DNA from: a virus | Taxonomy: Duplodnaviria > Caudoviricetes | IMG/VR virus record: IMGVR_UViG_3300028400_000006 | Coordinates: 1,269-65,268 of that record | Strand: one strand, 5' to 3' | DNA: 64,000 bases | In this document: positions 1 through 7,612 of the stretch, one piece after another | How positions within the stretch are numbered: position 1 is the first letter of the stretch | Layout of the letters: the number at the start of each line of letters is the position of its first letter | Position numbers and translations under genes: made by a program | The notes under the pieces: generated by a model | The model's database searches: none | Told to the model about the DNA's origin: nothing | What the model saw: the letters and a program-made list of their open reading frames with translations, nothing else

Positions 1-800
1 GTCCGCGTAAACGCCCACGTCCTCGTGAACAGGAACGTGCGCAGCGGCAGCGGCGCAAGCCCTGTTGCCATCGGGCGCCCCGCCTCCTTCTGCAGCAACG
101 CCCGCGCATGAATAGCACCCAACAGACCAGGCACATGCATGTTCAGACAACGGCTCATGGCCACGCTCAACGCCACCAGCGCCGCCACCAAGTGCAGACG
201 GCGATGCATTGCCTTCGACGTCGGCAGCCCATCGAGCAAATCAACCAGCCGACCATACAAAATGGCCGCATATGTGGCCACCGGCAACTGCGACAACGAC
301 TCCTGTGACTCCCACGCCGCCCGCGTCGCCTGCTTCACCAGCCGGCCATACAGGCCATCAGCTAATACACCATAGGCGTGCTGACTGTAGCTCAACTGCA
401 TCGCCCAGCTACGATTGTTCGGCAGTCGCTCCACCACATCCTTCACATAAGGCCACACTTCCTTCACATAGGCCAGCACCGCCTCGTGCTCCCGCTGCGT
501 CCACGTCGCCAGCGACGCCAGATACGGAGACGCCTTCACCTTCGGGCGAGGCCGCCCGCTTTTCGCACCCTGCACGTCGATACCGGTATGCTCCGCCCGC
601 AACAAACCGGAACTATAACCAGAACGCACCAATGAGAGCAGCAAAGAACGATACATGTCGCCGGCGTCGCTGCCGCGCGCAGGATGGCTGTTGAGCAGCG
701 CCGCCAGCGGCGTGTCGTCGTTAAGTAGTGCCTTAATGCCACCTTCGGGCGAAGTCAGTAGGCGATCAACATACAACGTAAGATACTCTGGGTATCGCAT
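1..800 (-). CDS. Hypothetical protein, 3' end truncated by the window edge (absent from the ORF track)
   Basis: ATG at 800 preceded by GGAGGTGTGCT on the minus strand. The frame MRYPEYLTLYVDRLL... stays open for ~266 codons to position 1. Confidence 0.75.
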   Translation of the reverse strand, partial: MRYPEYLTLYVDRLLTSPEGGIKALLNDDTPLAALLNSHPARGSDAGDMYRSLLLSLVRSGYSSGLLRAEHTGIDVQGAKSGRPRPKVKASPYLASLATWTQREHEAVLAYVKEVWPYVKDVVERLPNNRSWAMQLSYSQHAYGVLADGLYGRLVKQATRAAWESQESLSQLPVATYAAILYGRLVDLLDGLPTSKAMHRRLHLVAALVALSVAMSRCLNMHVPGLLGAIHARALLQKEAGRPMATGLAPLPLRTFLFTRTWAFTR

Positions 801-1039
801 AGCACACCTCCTAGGTTAGTAAGCCTACAAGCGAAACGAAACACAAAGGAAGCACTTTGTCAACCCCATCTAAACTAAGTTTCCACGGAAAATTTCATAC
901 TTCATAGTGCTAGGTAAAGATATAACTTCCCTGAGTCGGGGATGTAACCGATGTCGCAAACCACGCCGCGCCGCAAGGCGTTGAAATATTCATGTAAAAG
1001 GGCAGCACCAATTACCCACAAGTATCGTGCGGGGTTGGA

Positions 1040-1330
1040 TTCACGTTTTTCTACGGCAGAAGGGCGAATTTCAAAAAACGATAACCATAGTATAATACGA
1101 GGGAAGCACTTTAATACAACTCAACGCGATGCTTTCCCTTAGGGGCGTCGATAAAAAGGTAACAAAAACATGGCGACGAAACCTACGAAATCGCGTAAAA
1201 CCAACAGGTTATGCGTATAATAGGTAAGGATACGACACACCGCTAGGTTACCTAAAACGTTAATTATACGTTAGTTTATATATACATATAATGTATAAAA
1301 GCATGCCACATTTGCATTTTTCATCAAAAA
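1040..1330. other. AT-rich non-coding region, candidate origin or control region
   Basis: Visibly AT-rich against the GC-rich genome (e.g. TTTATATATACATATAATGTATAAAA at ~1275-1300). Lies between divergent gene sets and next to direct repeats. Confidence 0.45.
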
Positions 1331-1380
1331 CGCCAACCGCCGGCCGGCAGGTGCCGGTCGGCACTATCCCCCTGCACAAC

Positions 1381-1396
1381 GTTACGCCGATGTAAC
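1381..1396. promoter_or_regulatory. 16-bp palindromic motif, copy 1 (GTTACGCCGATGTAAC)
   Basis: Matches the consensus GTKACAYCGRWGTAAC seen ten times in the early arm. Confidence 0.65.
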
Positions 1397-1511
1397 CCTC
1401 CCGAGCGACGCAGGCGACGCAGGCGACGCTTAATTCCCACCCTCCCGAGCGACGCAGGCGACGCTTAATTCCCTCCCGTTCGTCAAAGCGACGCAGGCGA
1501 CGTTTAATCCC
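1396..1511 (+). repeat. Iteron-like imperfect direct repeats (GCGACGCAGGCGACGYTTAAT, about 3 copies)
   Basis: CCCTCCCGAGCGACGCAGGCGACGC at 1396 and 1440; GCGACGCTTAATTCCC at 1423 and 1458; GCGACGCAGGCGACGTTTAATCCC at 1488. Confidence 0.85.
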
Positions 1512-1654
1512 CTCGGCCTCCACCCCACCGCATAAAACCGTCGCCCGAGCCATTTAGAGCGCCGCACAGCGCCGTTAGCCCACCTCCGAGTATCTCCTAC
1601 TTGCCGCCACCTAACGCCACTCAGCGCCGCTCCAAATCCGTTTCTCGCCATGAC

Positions 1655-1683
1655 TTGACATAAGCTCCCATATATGTTATAGT
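1655..1683 (+). promoter_or_regulatory. Strong sigma70-type early promoter P1
   Basis: TTGACA, 17 bp, TATAGT with an extended -10 TG; near-identical copy at 2177. Confidence 0.85.
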
Positions 1684-1688
1684 GTAAG

Positions 1689-1786
1689 GCAGAATGATGG
1701 GTGGGCTCCCGTCCCGCTTCCGGCGGGGTGCAGGTTGTAGCCCATCACGGTGCCAACCGCCGGCGTGACACCGATGTAACGCCGGC
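1689..1786 (+). ncRNA. Candidate structured 5' leader RNA, copy A
   Basis: Outer stem TGGGCT/AGCCCA, inner hairpin CCCGC/GCGGG, with CCCG and CAGGTTG shared with copy B. Confidence 0.45.
1765..1780. promoter_or_regulatory. 16-bp palindromic motif, copy 2 (GTGACACCGATGTAAC)
   Basis: In the P1 leader, flanked by GCCGGC on both sides, upstream of the RBS of ORF 1807. Confidence 0.75.
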
Positions 1787-1806
1787 AGATGAGAGGAGGT
1801 CCCGAC

Positions 1807-2157
1807 ATGGCCCGCTCTACCCGTGGACGTGGCCGCAGGGTGCGCCGCCGCCCTGACGGCATCCAGAAAATCGAAGCGGCGCTCCGCTTCTTCATGGAGC
1901 GCCTGCCAGGTTCCGACCTGCTGTCTGTGGTCTGGGACAGCAGGCATGCCGACGGCTGCCATGTGCGGCTGCATGCTGGCGAGGTTTCGCCGGACGTTGC
2001 CGCCCTGTTCCTCGCACGCAAATTCCATGCGTGCGGGTTCACCGCGCACCTACGCGCCGTGGATGGGCACGTGCAGGGATGGGTGGAGGCGACGCCGCTG
2101 GTGGCGCGTTTCGACCCGTGGCTCAAGCGCATCATTGAGCGCAAGCCATTCGCCTGA
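1807..2157 (+). CDS. Hypothetical early protein
   Basis: GGAGGT RBS before ATG 1807; first gene after P1. Confidence 0.75.
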   Translation: MARSTRGRGRRVRRRPDGIQKIEAALRFFMERLPGSDLLSVVWDSRHADGCHVRLHAGEVSPDVAALFLARKFHACGFTAHLRAVDGHVQGWVEATPLVARFDPWLKRIIERKPFA

Positions 2158-2176
2158 TGATGCGGGTTGCCCACAC

Positions 2177-2205
2177 TTGACATAAGCGCCGGCTTATGTT
2201 ATAGT
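2177..2205 (+). promoter_or_regulatory. Strong sigma70-type early promoter P2
   Basis: TTGACA, 17 bp, TATAGT with an extended -10; followed by the same GGCAGAATGAT as P1. Confidence 0.85.
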
Positions 2206-2209
2206 GTAT

Positions 2210-2341
2210 GGCAGAATGATAGGCAGGCTCCCGGCCGGTGACCGCCGGTGACAGGTTGCAGCCTGCTGGTAGAGGCTTGAGCAACGCAGGCGGCGCAGGA
2301 TACGCGCGCGTCGCGTCATATCATGTGCCGCCTGCGTTGTT
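2210..2341 (+). ncRNA. Candidate structured 5' leader RNA, copy B
   Basis: Outer stem GCAGGCT/AGCCTGC, inner hairpin CCGGT/GCCGG, second long stem CAACGCAGGCGGC/GCCGCCTGCGTTG. Confidence 0.45.
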
Positions 2342-2357
2342 GTGACATCGGTGTAAC
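2342..2357. promoter_or_regulatory. 16-bp palindromic motif, copy 3 (GTGACATCGGTGTAAC)
   Basis: In the P2 leader, upstream of the RBS of ORF 2382. Confidence 0.75.
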
Positions 2358-2381
2358 GTTCAACCGGAAGGGAGGGCACTC

Positions 2382-2699
2382 ATGCCGAAAATGATCCTGA
2401 GCACACTTTCACTCATCCCCGCCGGCCATCCGTTCCGGCGCGCTACCACACCTATTATCTACGGGCGTGCCGAAAACGGAGAGCATTACTACACCACCGT
2501 CAACTCTTTGTTCGTGCGGGATTTCAGTCGGTGGGGGCTGATGCGGGCGTTGCTCAATGCCCGTTGGTATTCGTGCATATCTTCGGTGAACGACGTGCGG
2601 GCGATGGAGCATGTCGTGCCGCTGCACGAAGATCTGCTTCCGAGGGAGCTGCCGGGTGGTGTCATTCGGTATCCGTCCGGTGAGCTGTTTGTGGCGTAA
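2382..2699 (+). CDS. Hypothetical early protein
   Basis: GGGAGG RBS; first gene after P2. Confidence 0.75.
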   Translation: MPKMILSTLSLIPAGHPFRRATTPIIYGRAENGEHYYTTVNSLFVRDFSRWGLMRALLNARWYSCISSVNDVRAMEHVVPLHEDLLPRELPGGVIRYPSGELFVA

Positions 2700-2717
2700 G
2701 CGGCGCCGATGTCTTTC

Positions 2718-2733
2718 GTAACATTGATGTAAC
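2718..2733. promoter_or_regulatory. 16-bp palindromic motif, copy 4 (GTAACATTGATGTAAC)
   Basis: Intergenic, directly before the GGAG RBS of ORF 2746. Confidence 0.65.
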
Positions 2734-2745
2734 GGGAGAACTCTC

Positions 2746-4074
2746 ATGTTCGAATATCGTCCTGATGTGAAGCTGGGTGTTTCGCTCGACACGGACGGGC
2801 GCGTGCGCGTGCCGGCGCCGCTGACGCCGGAGGTGATGTTGCGGCAATACAAGTCGGCGTGGTGGCCGCCTTATGTGCGTGTGCCGCTTCACAGGTTCGA
2901 CCTGTCCCTGCCGACTGATACGTTCGAGCAGGTTGGCTGGCGACGAACGAAGCACCACGCCGAGGCCGGCACGGTGGTGCTGATGGGGGACGGCGAAGTG
3001 CAGTTGCGCGCCATCAACATCGACGACGCCAGGCTGCAAGCGGGACTGCGGCTAAGCGCCGCCGATGTGTCGTTCGGCGATGCGCCGGGCGACCCCCCTC
3101 CCGAGACTACTCTGCGGGGCGTGCTGTGGGGCCTCGTGCAGCGGCACGATGGCGCCAGTTTTCGGCTGGAGCTGCCGTTCGAGGGTGTGACGCGGCGCAC
3201 GTGGAGCGTGAAACGACCGTGGGTGGAGCATGCGCATGTGCCGGACTTCGCCTCGATGGCGCTGCTGGCGTGGCTGGCGTGCCCGGGACCCATGTATAGC
3301 CCCGATGTGAAGCGCATGAGTGCCAAGCTGCCGCCTATCACCCTGTTCGGTGAGGGCCGGTCGGCGATCGACTGGGCGCTCTTGCGCCGCATGGTGGTGT
3401 CGCTGGCGCTGGGTGGGCTGGTGGAGCGTCCGGCACTGTTGACGATGGCGCACCTGCCAACCGGGGCGCTGCGCCGCATGGCGGCGCTGGCGTGGCCGAT
3501 CCTCGGGCACGCCGGCACGGGCGACGCCAGTTCGCCTGGGCTGGCGATGCCTTGCATCATCGGGGCCGGCGACGGTGGCTCGCCAGACAAGAGCCGGCAG
3601 GTGGCGCCTGTTGCCATCCATGCGGCGCGGGCGGCGCTGGCGACGCTCGCCGGCGTGGCGTGGGGGCGGGTGCACCACCCCGGACATACGGTGCCGTGGG
3701 CGCATCTCGTTACCCGCTGGCGGGACGTGGTGGCGCAGGAGAAAGGGGGCGTGCTGTGGCACACCGAGTATTCGGAGGTGGTGGCCACGGCGGACGGCAA
3801 GTTCAGACCGACGCAGACGATGGGGCTGCCGTTCGGACACGGCGGACCCTCCGCCATGTCGGAAGGGGCGGCCCGTGGCCGCCACGATGGAGCTGGGCTG
3901 GGGCCGCTGTATGGCGTGGCGGCGCTGGGCGCCGCCTGCGCCGTGGTGCTGCCTCTCGACCTCACCACCGTGGCGGTGGTGATGCGAGGGCGTGAAGGCC
4001 GGGCGCAGGTGCATACCTACGCCGGGAAGAATGCCCTGTTGGAAGCGATGAACATTCTGGGGTGTGAGCTATGA
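2746..4074 (+). CDS. Hypothetical protein (442 aa)
   Basis: RBS and ATG, long ORF with a 4-nt overlap to the next gene; no family recognised. Confidence 0.75.
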   Translation: MFEYRPDVKLGVSLDTDGRVRVPAPLTPEVMLRQYKSAWWPPYVRVPLHRFDLSLPTDTFEQVGWRRTKHHAEAGTVVLMGDGEVQLRAINIDDARLQAGLRLSAADVSFGDAPGDPPPETTLRGVLWGLVQRHDGASFRLELPFEGVTRRTWSVKRPWVEHAHVPDFASMALLAWLACPGPMYSPDVKRMSAKLPPITLFGEGRSAIDWALLRRMVVSLALGGLVERPALLTMAHLPTGALRRMAALAWPILGHAGTGDASSPGLAMPCIIGAGDGGSPDKSRQVAPVAIHAARAALATLAGVAWGRVHHPGHTVPWAHLVTRWRDVVAQEKGGVLWHTEYSEVVATADGKFRPTQTMGLPFGHGGPSAMSEGAARGRHDGAGLGPLYGVAALGAACAVVLPLDLTTVAVVMRGREGRAQVHTYAGKNALLEAMNILGCEL

Positions 4075-4334
4075 GATACGAACGGGTGGCCGAGAAGATT
4101 GGCCGGAAGGTGCGCCTGCTGAAGTTTCTGGGGCGCTGGGACGGCGCCGCCGGGAACAAAGCCGACAAACTGCTTCGGAGGCTGGTGCGCTTACAGGAGC
4201 GCTATTCCGATGTGCTCTATCGGATGGGAGCGCCGGCGCCGGAGGTGTATTGGTTCACCGCCTACGGCCGTATGCCGATGAACTGGTATGCCGAACGCAA
4301 TGCGTCATTGGTGGCGCGTGTTACACCGAAGTAA
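4071..4334 (+). CDS. Hypothetical protein
   Basis: ATGA overlap with the upstream gene; its stop codon lies inside motif copy 5. Confidence 0.7.
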   Translation: MRYERVAEKIGRKVRLLKFLGRWDGAAGNKADKLLRRLVRLQERYSDVLYRMGAPAPEVYWFTAYGRMPMNWYAERNASLVARVTPK

Positions 4335-4335
4335 C
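4320..4335. promoter_or_regulatory. 16-bp palindromic motif, copy 5 (GTTACACCGAAGTAAC)
   Basis: Contains the TAA of ORF 4071 and abuts the GGAGG RBS of ORF 4348. Confidence 0.75.
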
Positions 4336-4347
4336 GGAGGATGAACG

Positions 4348-4653
4348 ATGGACGTGGTGAAGAAGTGGACAAAAGGTCGGGAGCGGGTGGAGGTCGTTTA
4401 TGACCCGTTCGTTTATGACCCGGATGAGGTGCTGAGTGCTGGTGTGCGTATCGCCCACAAGGCCGGCGCCCGCGTCGTGCTGGGCACTGACCCGGTGGAT
4501 GACCTCGATGAATGGGAAGAGGAGATGCAAAAGACGCATCATCTCTTCCCAGTCTATGCTTATGTGCATGGTAACGTCGCCCTATCATTGGCGCCGTTTC
4601 ATGACCCGTGGGACAGCGGGCGCAGCGGCACTATCGCCATCCCGAAGGACTAG
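4348..4653 (+). CDS. Hypothetical protein
   Basis: GGAGG RBS and ATG. Confidence 0.65.
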   Translation: MDVVKKWTKGRERVEVVYDPFVYDPDEVLSAGVRIAHKAGARVVLGTDPVDDLDEWEEEMQKTHHLFPVYAYVHGNVALSLAPFHDPWDSGRSGTIAIPKD

Positions 4654-4713
4654 GGCGACGAAGCGAATGCCTGCCAGGCGGCGCGGGCGGAGCTGGAGAC
4701 GTTCGCGTCGTGG

Positions 4714-4914
4714 TTGAATGGTGAGGTGTTCTGCATTCGCAAATTGCGCCGCACATGTGATGACGCTGAAAAATACAACTGCGATTGCGACACCTGCTGG
4801 GTGACGTATGACGAAGAACTGCCGTTGGGCGGCGTCATTGGAGTGAAGCAGGTCGAGACGGCGGCGCGTGAAGAGTTCGGCGTGAACGATACGTGGGATG
4901 AGGAGGGCACGTGA
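4714..4914 (+). CDS. Small acidic Cys-containing protein; may be the C-terminal continuation of ORF 4348
   Basis: Same reading frame as 4348..4653 beyond a single TAG; no clear RBS. Confidence 0.4.
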   Translation: MNGEVFCIRKLRRTCDDAEKYNCDCDTCWVTYDEELPLGGVIGVKQVETAAREEFGVNDTWDEEGT

Positions 4915-5588
4915 TGAATATCGACAAGCGTATGAAGCAGCTGAAAGAAGACTGGGGTTACCTGCTGCCGCCAGGCTACGATATCGACGCATGGGCGCCG
5001 GGGGATGGCAAGGTGCGGTATCGGCTCGTTCGTCTCGGTGAAACCTACTGGGAAGCTGGTGATGGGGTCATGACGGCGTTTGGGCGGCGCAACGCCGAAA
5101 ACATGCTGGTGTGGGGCGGCACCATGTGGGTACGGGGTGAGTGGTTGGCCCGGCAGAATGCGCGTCAGCTGCGCAAGGCCGCCTACGCTCTGCTCAACGC
5201 CGGTCATTCCACCGAGTGGGTGGAGGACATCATGCAGGACGCCGATGAGTGTGCGGATAAGGATGTGGTGGCCGAGTTCGTGGTGCAGGTGCGCATGGAC
5301 CCGTGCGACAAGGCCGGTGTGTCGCGCATGGCGCGCGCCCTCAACATATATGGCGAGGCGCTGCGCCGGCACTATGTGAAACCGGAAGACGCCGAGGTCA
5401 TGACGATCCTGGTGTCGTATGCAAAGGCGGCCTCGTGGGAAGTGTTTGGTGAAGCGCTACCCTCACTGGCGGCTGGATGCGTGCGGGACGCCATCGCCGT
5501 GCTGAAGGGTGACACCAGTGTAACGGCTGACCCTCAGCCGTTGCGTGATGGCGACACTGGTTCACCAGCAACTGTAGCGGAGAACTGA
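4911..5588 (+). CDS. Hypothetical protein
   Basis: GAGGAGG RBS; operon-like coupling. Confidence 0.75.
   Translation: MMNIDKRMKQLKEDWGYLLPPGYDIDAWAPGDGKVRYRLVRLGETYWEAGDGVMTAFGRRNAENMLVWGGTMWVRGEWLARQNARQLRKAAYALLNAGHSTEWVEDIMQDADECADKDVVAEFVVQVRMDPCDKAGVSRMARALNIYGEALRRHYVKPEDAEVMTILVSYAKAASWEVFGEALPSLAAGCVRDAIAVLKGDTSVTADPQPLRDGDTGSPATVAEN
5509..5524. promoter_or_regulatory. 16-bp palindromic motif, copy 6 (GTGACACCAGTGTAAC)
   Basis: Within the 3' end of ORF 4911. Confidence 0.65.
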
Positions 5589-5590
5589 CC

Positions 5591-5887
5591 ATGCCGAAAC
5601 TCTTGGTAACATTCGACCATCCCCGCATCGTGCGGAAAGCGAAAAGGCTGACTATCACGGTCGAGGCCGGCGACGCCGAGGTGCTGAAGGCCGTGCCCCG
5701 GCGCATCCTGATGGAGGGCACAGCCTACGATGCGCTGACTACCACCGGCGACCTGCGGGAAATCGAGAAGGACCTGCGGGACGCCATCGAGATGGAGCTG
5801 GGGTTGGACAACGAGGTGTCCATCTCCATCGAGGACTTCGATGAGGAAGAACACTGGGTGCGAACTATCGAGACAAGGGAGGAATGA
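5591..5887 (+). CDS. Acidic hypothetical protein (paralog of 5884..6186)
   Basis: GGAG RBS; alignable by eye with the next ORF. Confidence 0.75.
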   Translation: MPKLLVTFDHPRIVRKAKRLTITVEAGDAEVLKAVPRRILMEGTAYDALTTTGDLREIEKDLRDAIEMELGLDNEVSISIEDFDEEEHWVRTIETREE

Positions 5888-6186
5888 CGGTGGCGATGGT
5901 GATCATGACGGTCGACAAGGCCCGGCTTCTCCGGGAGGGGCGGGTGACCATCATTATCGATACCGACAACCCGGAGGCGCTGAAAGATATCGAGGGTGCG
6001 ATCCTCTTGGAGTCGTTTGTGTTCGATATACTGGTGGCGCGCCCGGAAGAACATGACGATATCGCACAGGACCTGCAGACCGCCATTGAAGGAGAGGTGG
6101 GCGTGCCCTGTAGGGTGACCATCATTGTCGAGAAGGCAACCGAGGAAGTGAACCTGAAGCCACGGATCGAAGTGAAGGAAGACTGA
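5884..6186 (+). CDS. Acidic hypothetical protein (paralog of 5591..5887)
   Basis: ATGA overlap with the upstream gene; shared pattern RxTIxxxxxxxExLK...ILxE...IxxDLxxAIExExG. Confidence 0.75.
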   Translation: MTVAMVIMTVDKARLLREGRVTIIIDTDNPEALKDIEGAILLESFVFDILVARPEEHDDIAQDLQTAIEGEVGVPCRVTIIVEKATEEVNLKPRIEVKED

Positions 6187-6188
6187 CC

Positions 6189-6410
6189 ATGCCGAAGTAT
6201 CGTGTGCTGCTGCAGACCTTGGAAGTCAACGTGCACGAGGTCATTATCGAGTCTGATGAGGACCTCGCGAAAACGGAACTGGAGGACATGGCGCTGGATG
6301 CTTTCTTCGACAAGGACTTGCCGGAAGGTAAGAAGGCCACTGTCCTATTTAGCGATGACGGTGAGACTGTCGAAGGGCCGGAAGTTGTGGGGGTCAACGA
6401 AGAAGATTGA
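6189..6410 (+). CDS. Small acidic protein
   Basis: AAGGA RBS; D/E-rich. Confidence 0.7.
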   Translation: MPKYRVLLQTLEVNVHEVIIESDEDLAKTELEDMALDAFFDKDLPEGKKATVLFSDDGETVEGPEVVGVNEED

Positions 6411-6552
6411 ACATGCGGAGCATCATACTTGAGCCGGTGCCGAGCTGGATGAAGCTGCAACCAAATGGCGGCGGAGGAGTTTGGGCTTGGCAGCAACGAC
6501 GCGCTAGCTTGATGAGGGTGCTGAACCAATTCAACGGAAGGGAAGTCTGGCT

Positions 6553-7200
6553 ATGACCGAGACGGTAATCTTTCTGCCGGCATGGTATGATCCCGACGAC
6601 CATGATCCGTTCGACACCGAGGCGCGGTTTGAACTGGACCCAGACAATTTCTGCGACTGCAAGCCACCGGAACGCCTGCGCCGGCAGTTTCTCGACACGG
6701 TGCCGTGGGAGGCGTTCTGGAGTAAGTGGCGCGTTGCGTTGCAATCATGCTTGGCCACCTATCTGCGGGTGAAAACAAATGGCGAATGCCAATTGGCGTT
6801 TGCTTTTGATGACACATGGATGGCGCGGGTGTCGCTGGCGGCAGCGGCGAAGCGGCTTGGTATGGATGAAGATGATGTGTGGGAGTTGTCTGCGGGCACC
6901 CGTGTTCGCTTCGACAAGCTGATGTGTGAAGCCTATGAGCTAACAATGGACGACATCCATCAGGACCTCGTGGACAATTACAATCTGCCGGATGTTTTTG
7001 GGATCCTGGAAGAGATTGCAGCGCAGCATGGCGAATTGCTGCGCAAAGCGACGGAGCATCGCCAGCGGGGTATGGACCAGACGGCCGAACATTTGCACAA
7101 AAAAGCAACGCAGGCGGCGCGGGCGAAGCTGGCGCTGCGTATCGCCGAAGAGCTGAAGGAGCGTTACACCGATGTCACAGCTGATACGTGCCGCGCTTGA
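6553..7200 (+). CDS. Hypothetical protein
   Basis: Long ORF in the operon with a plausible RBS. Confidence 0.75.
   Translation: MTETVIFLPAWYDPDDHDPFDTEARFELDPDNFCDCKPPERLRRQFLDTVPWEAFWSKWRVALQSCLATYLRVKTNGECQLAFAFDDTWMARVSLAAAAKRLGMDEDDVWELSAGTRVRFDKLMCEAYELTMDDIHQDLVDNYNLPDVFGILEEIAAQHGELLRKATEHRQRGMDQTAEHLHKKATQAARAKLALRIAEELKERYTDVTADTCRA
7163..7178. promoter_or_regulatory. 16-bp palindromic motif, copy 7 (GTTACACCGATGTCAC)
   Basis: Spans the RBS spacer and the ATG of ORF 7172. Confidence 0.75.
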
Positions 7201-7612
7201 TGGCACATTGGCGTGGGAAGAGGCGCGGGCATACCTGGAGGAGGCCAGTCCCTCCCTGCCGTCGCCGTATCGCCAGCTGTTCCAACAGGCGATGCGGGCG
7301 GCGCAGGCGTCGCCGGATGCGTGGCGGGAGGTGGTGGTGCTTATCGCCGCCGCTTTCGCCAACGACGGGTACGCCTTTGCCGCATATGCTCCCCTGCTGG
7401 TGAAGGCGGCCATACACACCCTTCAGGCGGGTAAGGCGCGGGGCGAGCCCCGCATGATCAACACCACCCTACCGAAGCTGCATGACAGCCCAGGGTTGGA
7501 TCTGACTTGGACCTACCGCCGCCTACATGTGGAGGTGTCACTGCCGCCTGACGTGCCGAGCGCGGCGGTCTACTCGTTATTGTTGAACGTGGAGGTGGAG
7601 AAGCTGAAATGA
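7172..7612 (+). CDS. Hypothetical protein
   Basis: AAGGAG RBS and ATG. Confidence 0.7.
   Translation: MSQLIRAALDGTLAWEEARAYLEEASPSLPSPYRQLFQQAMRAAQASPDAWREVVVLIAAAFANDGYAFAAYAPLLVKAAIHTLQAGKARGEPRMINTTLPKLHDSPGLDLTWTYRRLHVEVSLPPDVPSAAVYSLLLNVEVEKLK

Noticed and set aside
835-863. Leftward sigma70 promoter (TTGACA at 863-858)
   Set aside because: Perfect -35 but no acceptable -10 at 16-18 bp spacing, so it was not called
933-957. Eleventh palindrome copy
   Set aside because: Only a half-site (GATGTAAC) matches
1396-1511. Possible mini-CRISPR array
   Set aside because: Repeats are imperfect and nested with only ~10-15 nt between them; no spacer-length unique sequences and no cas operon
2889-4014. 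Long minus-strand ORFs (359 and 320 aa)
   Set aside because: Shadow frames of the GC-rich plus-strand gene 2746..4074; no RBS and low-complexity translation
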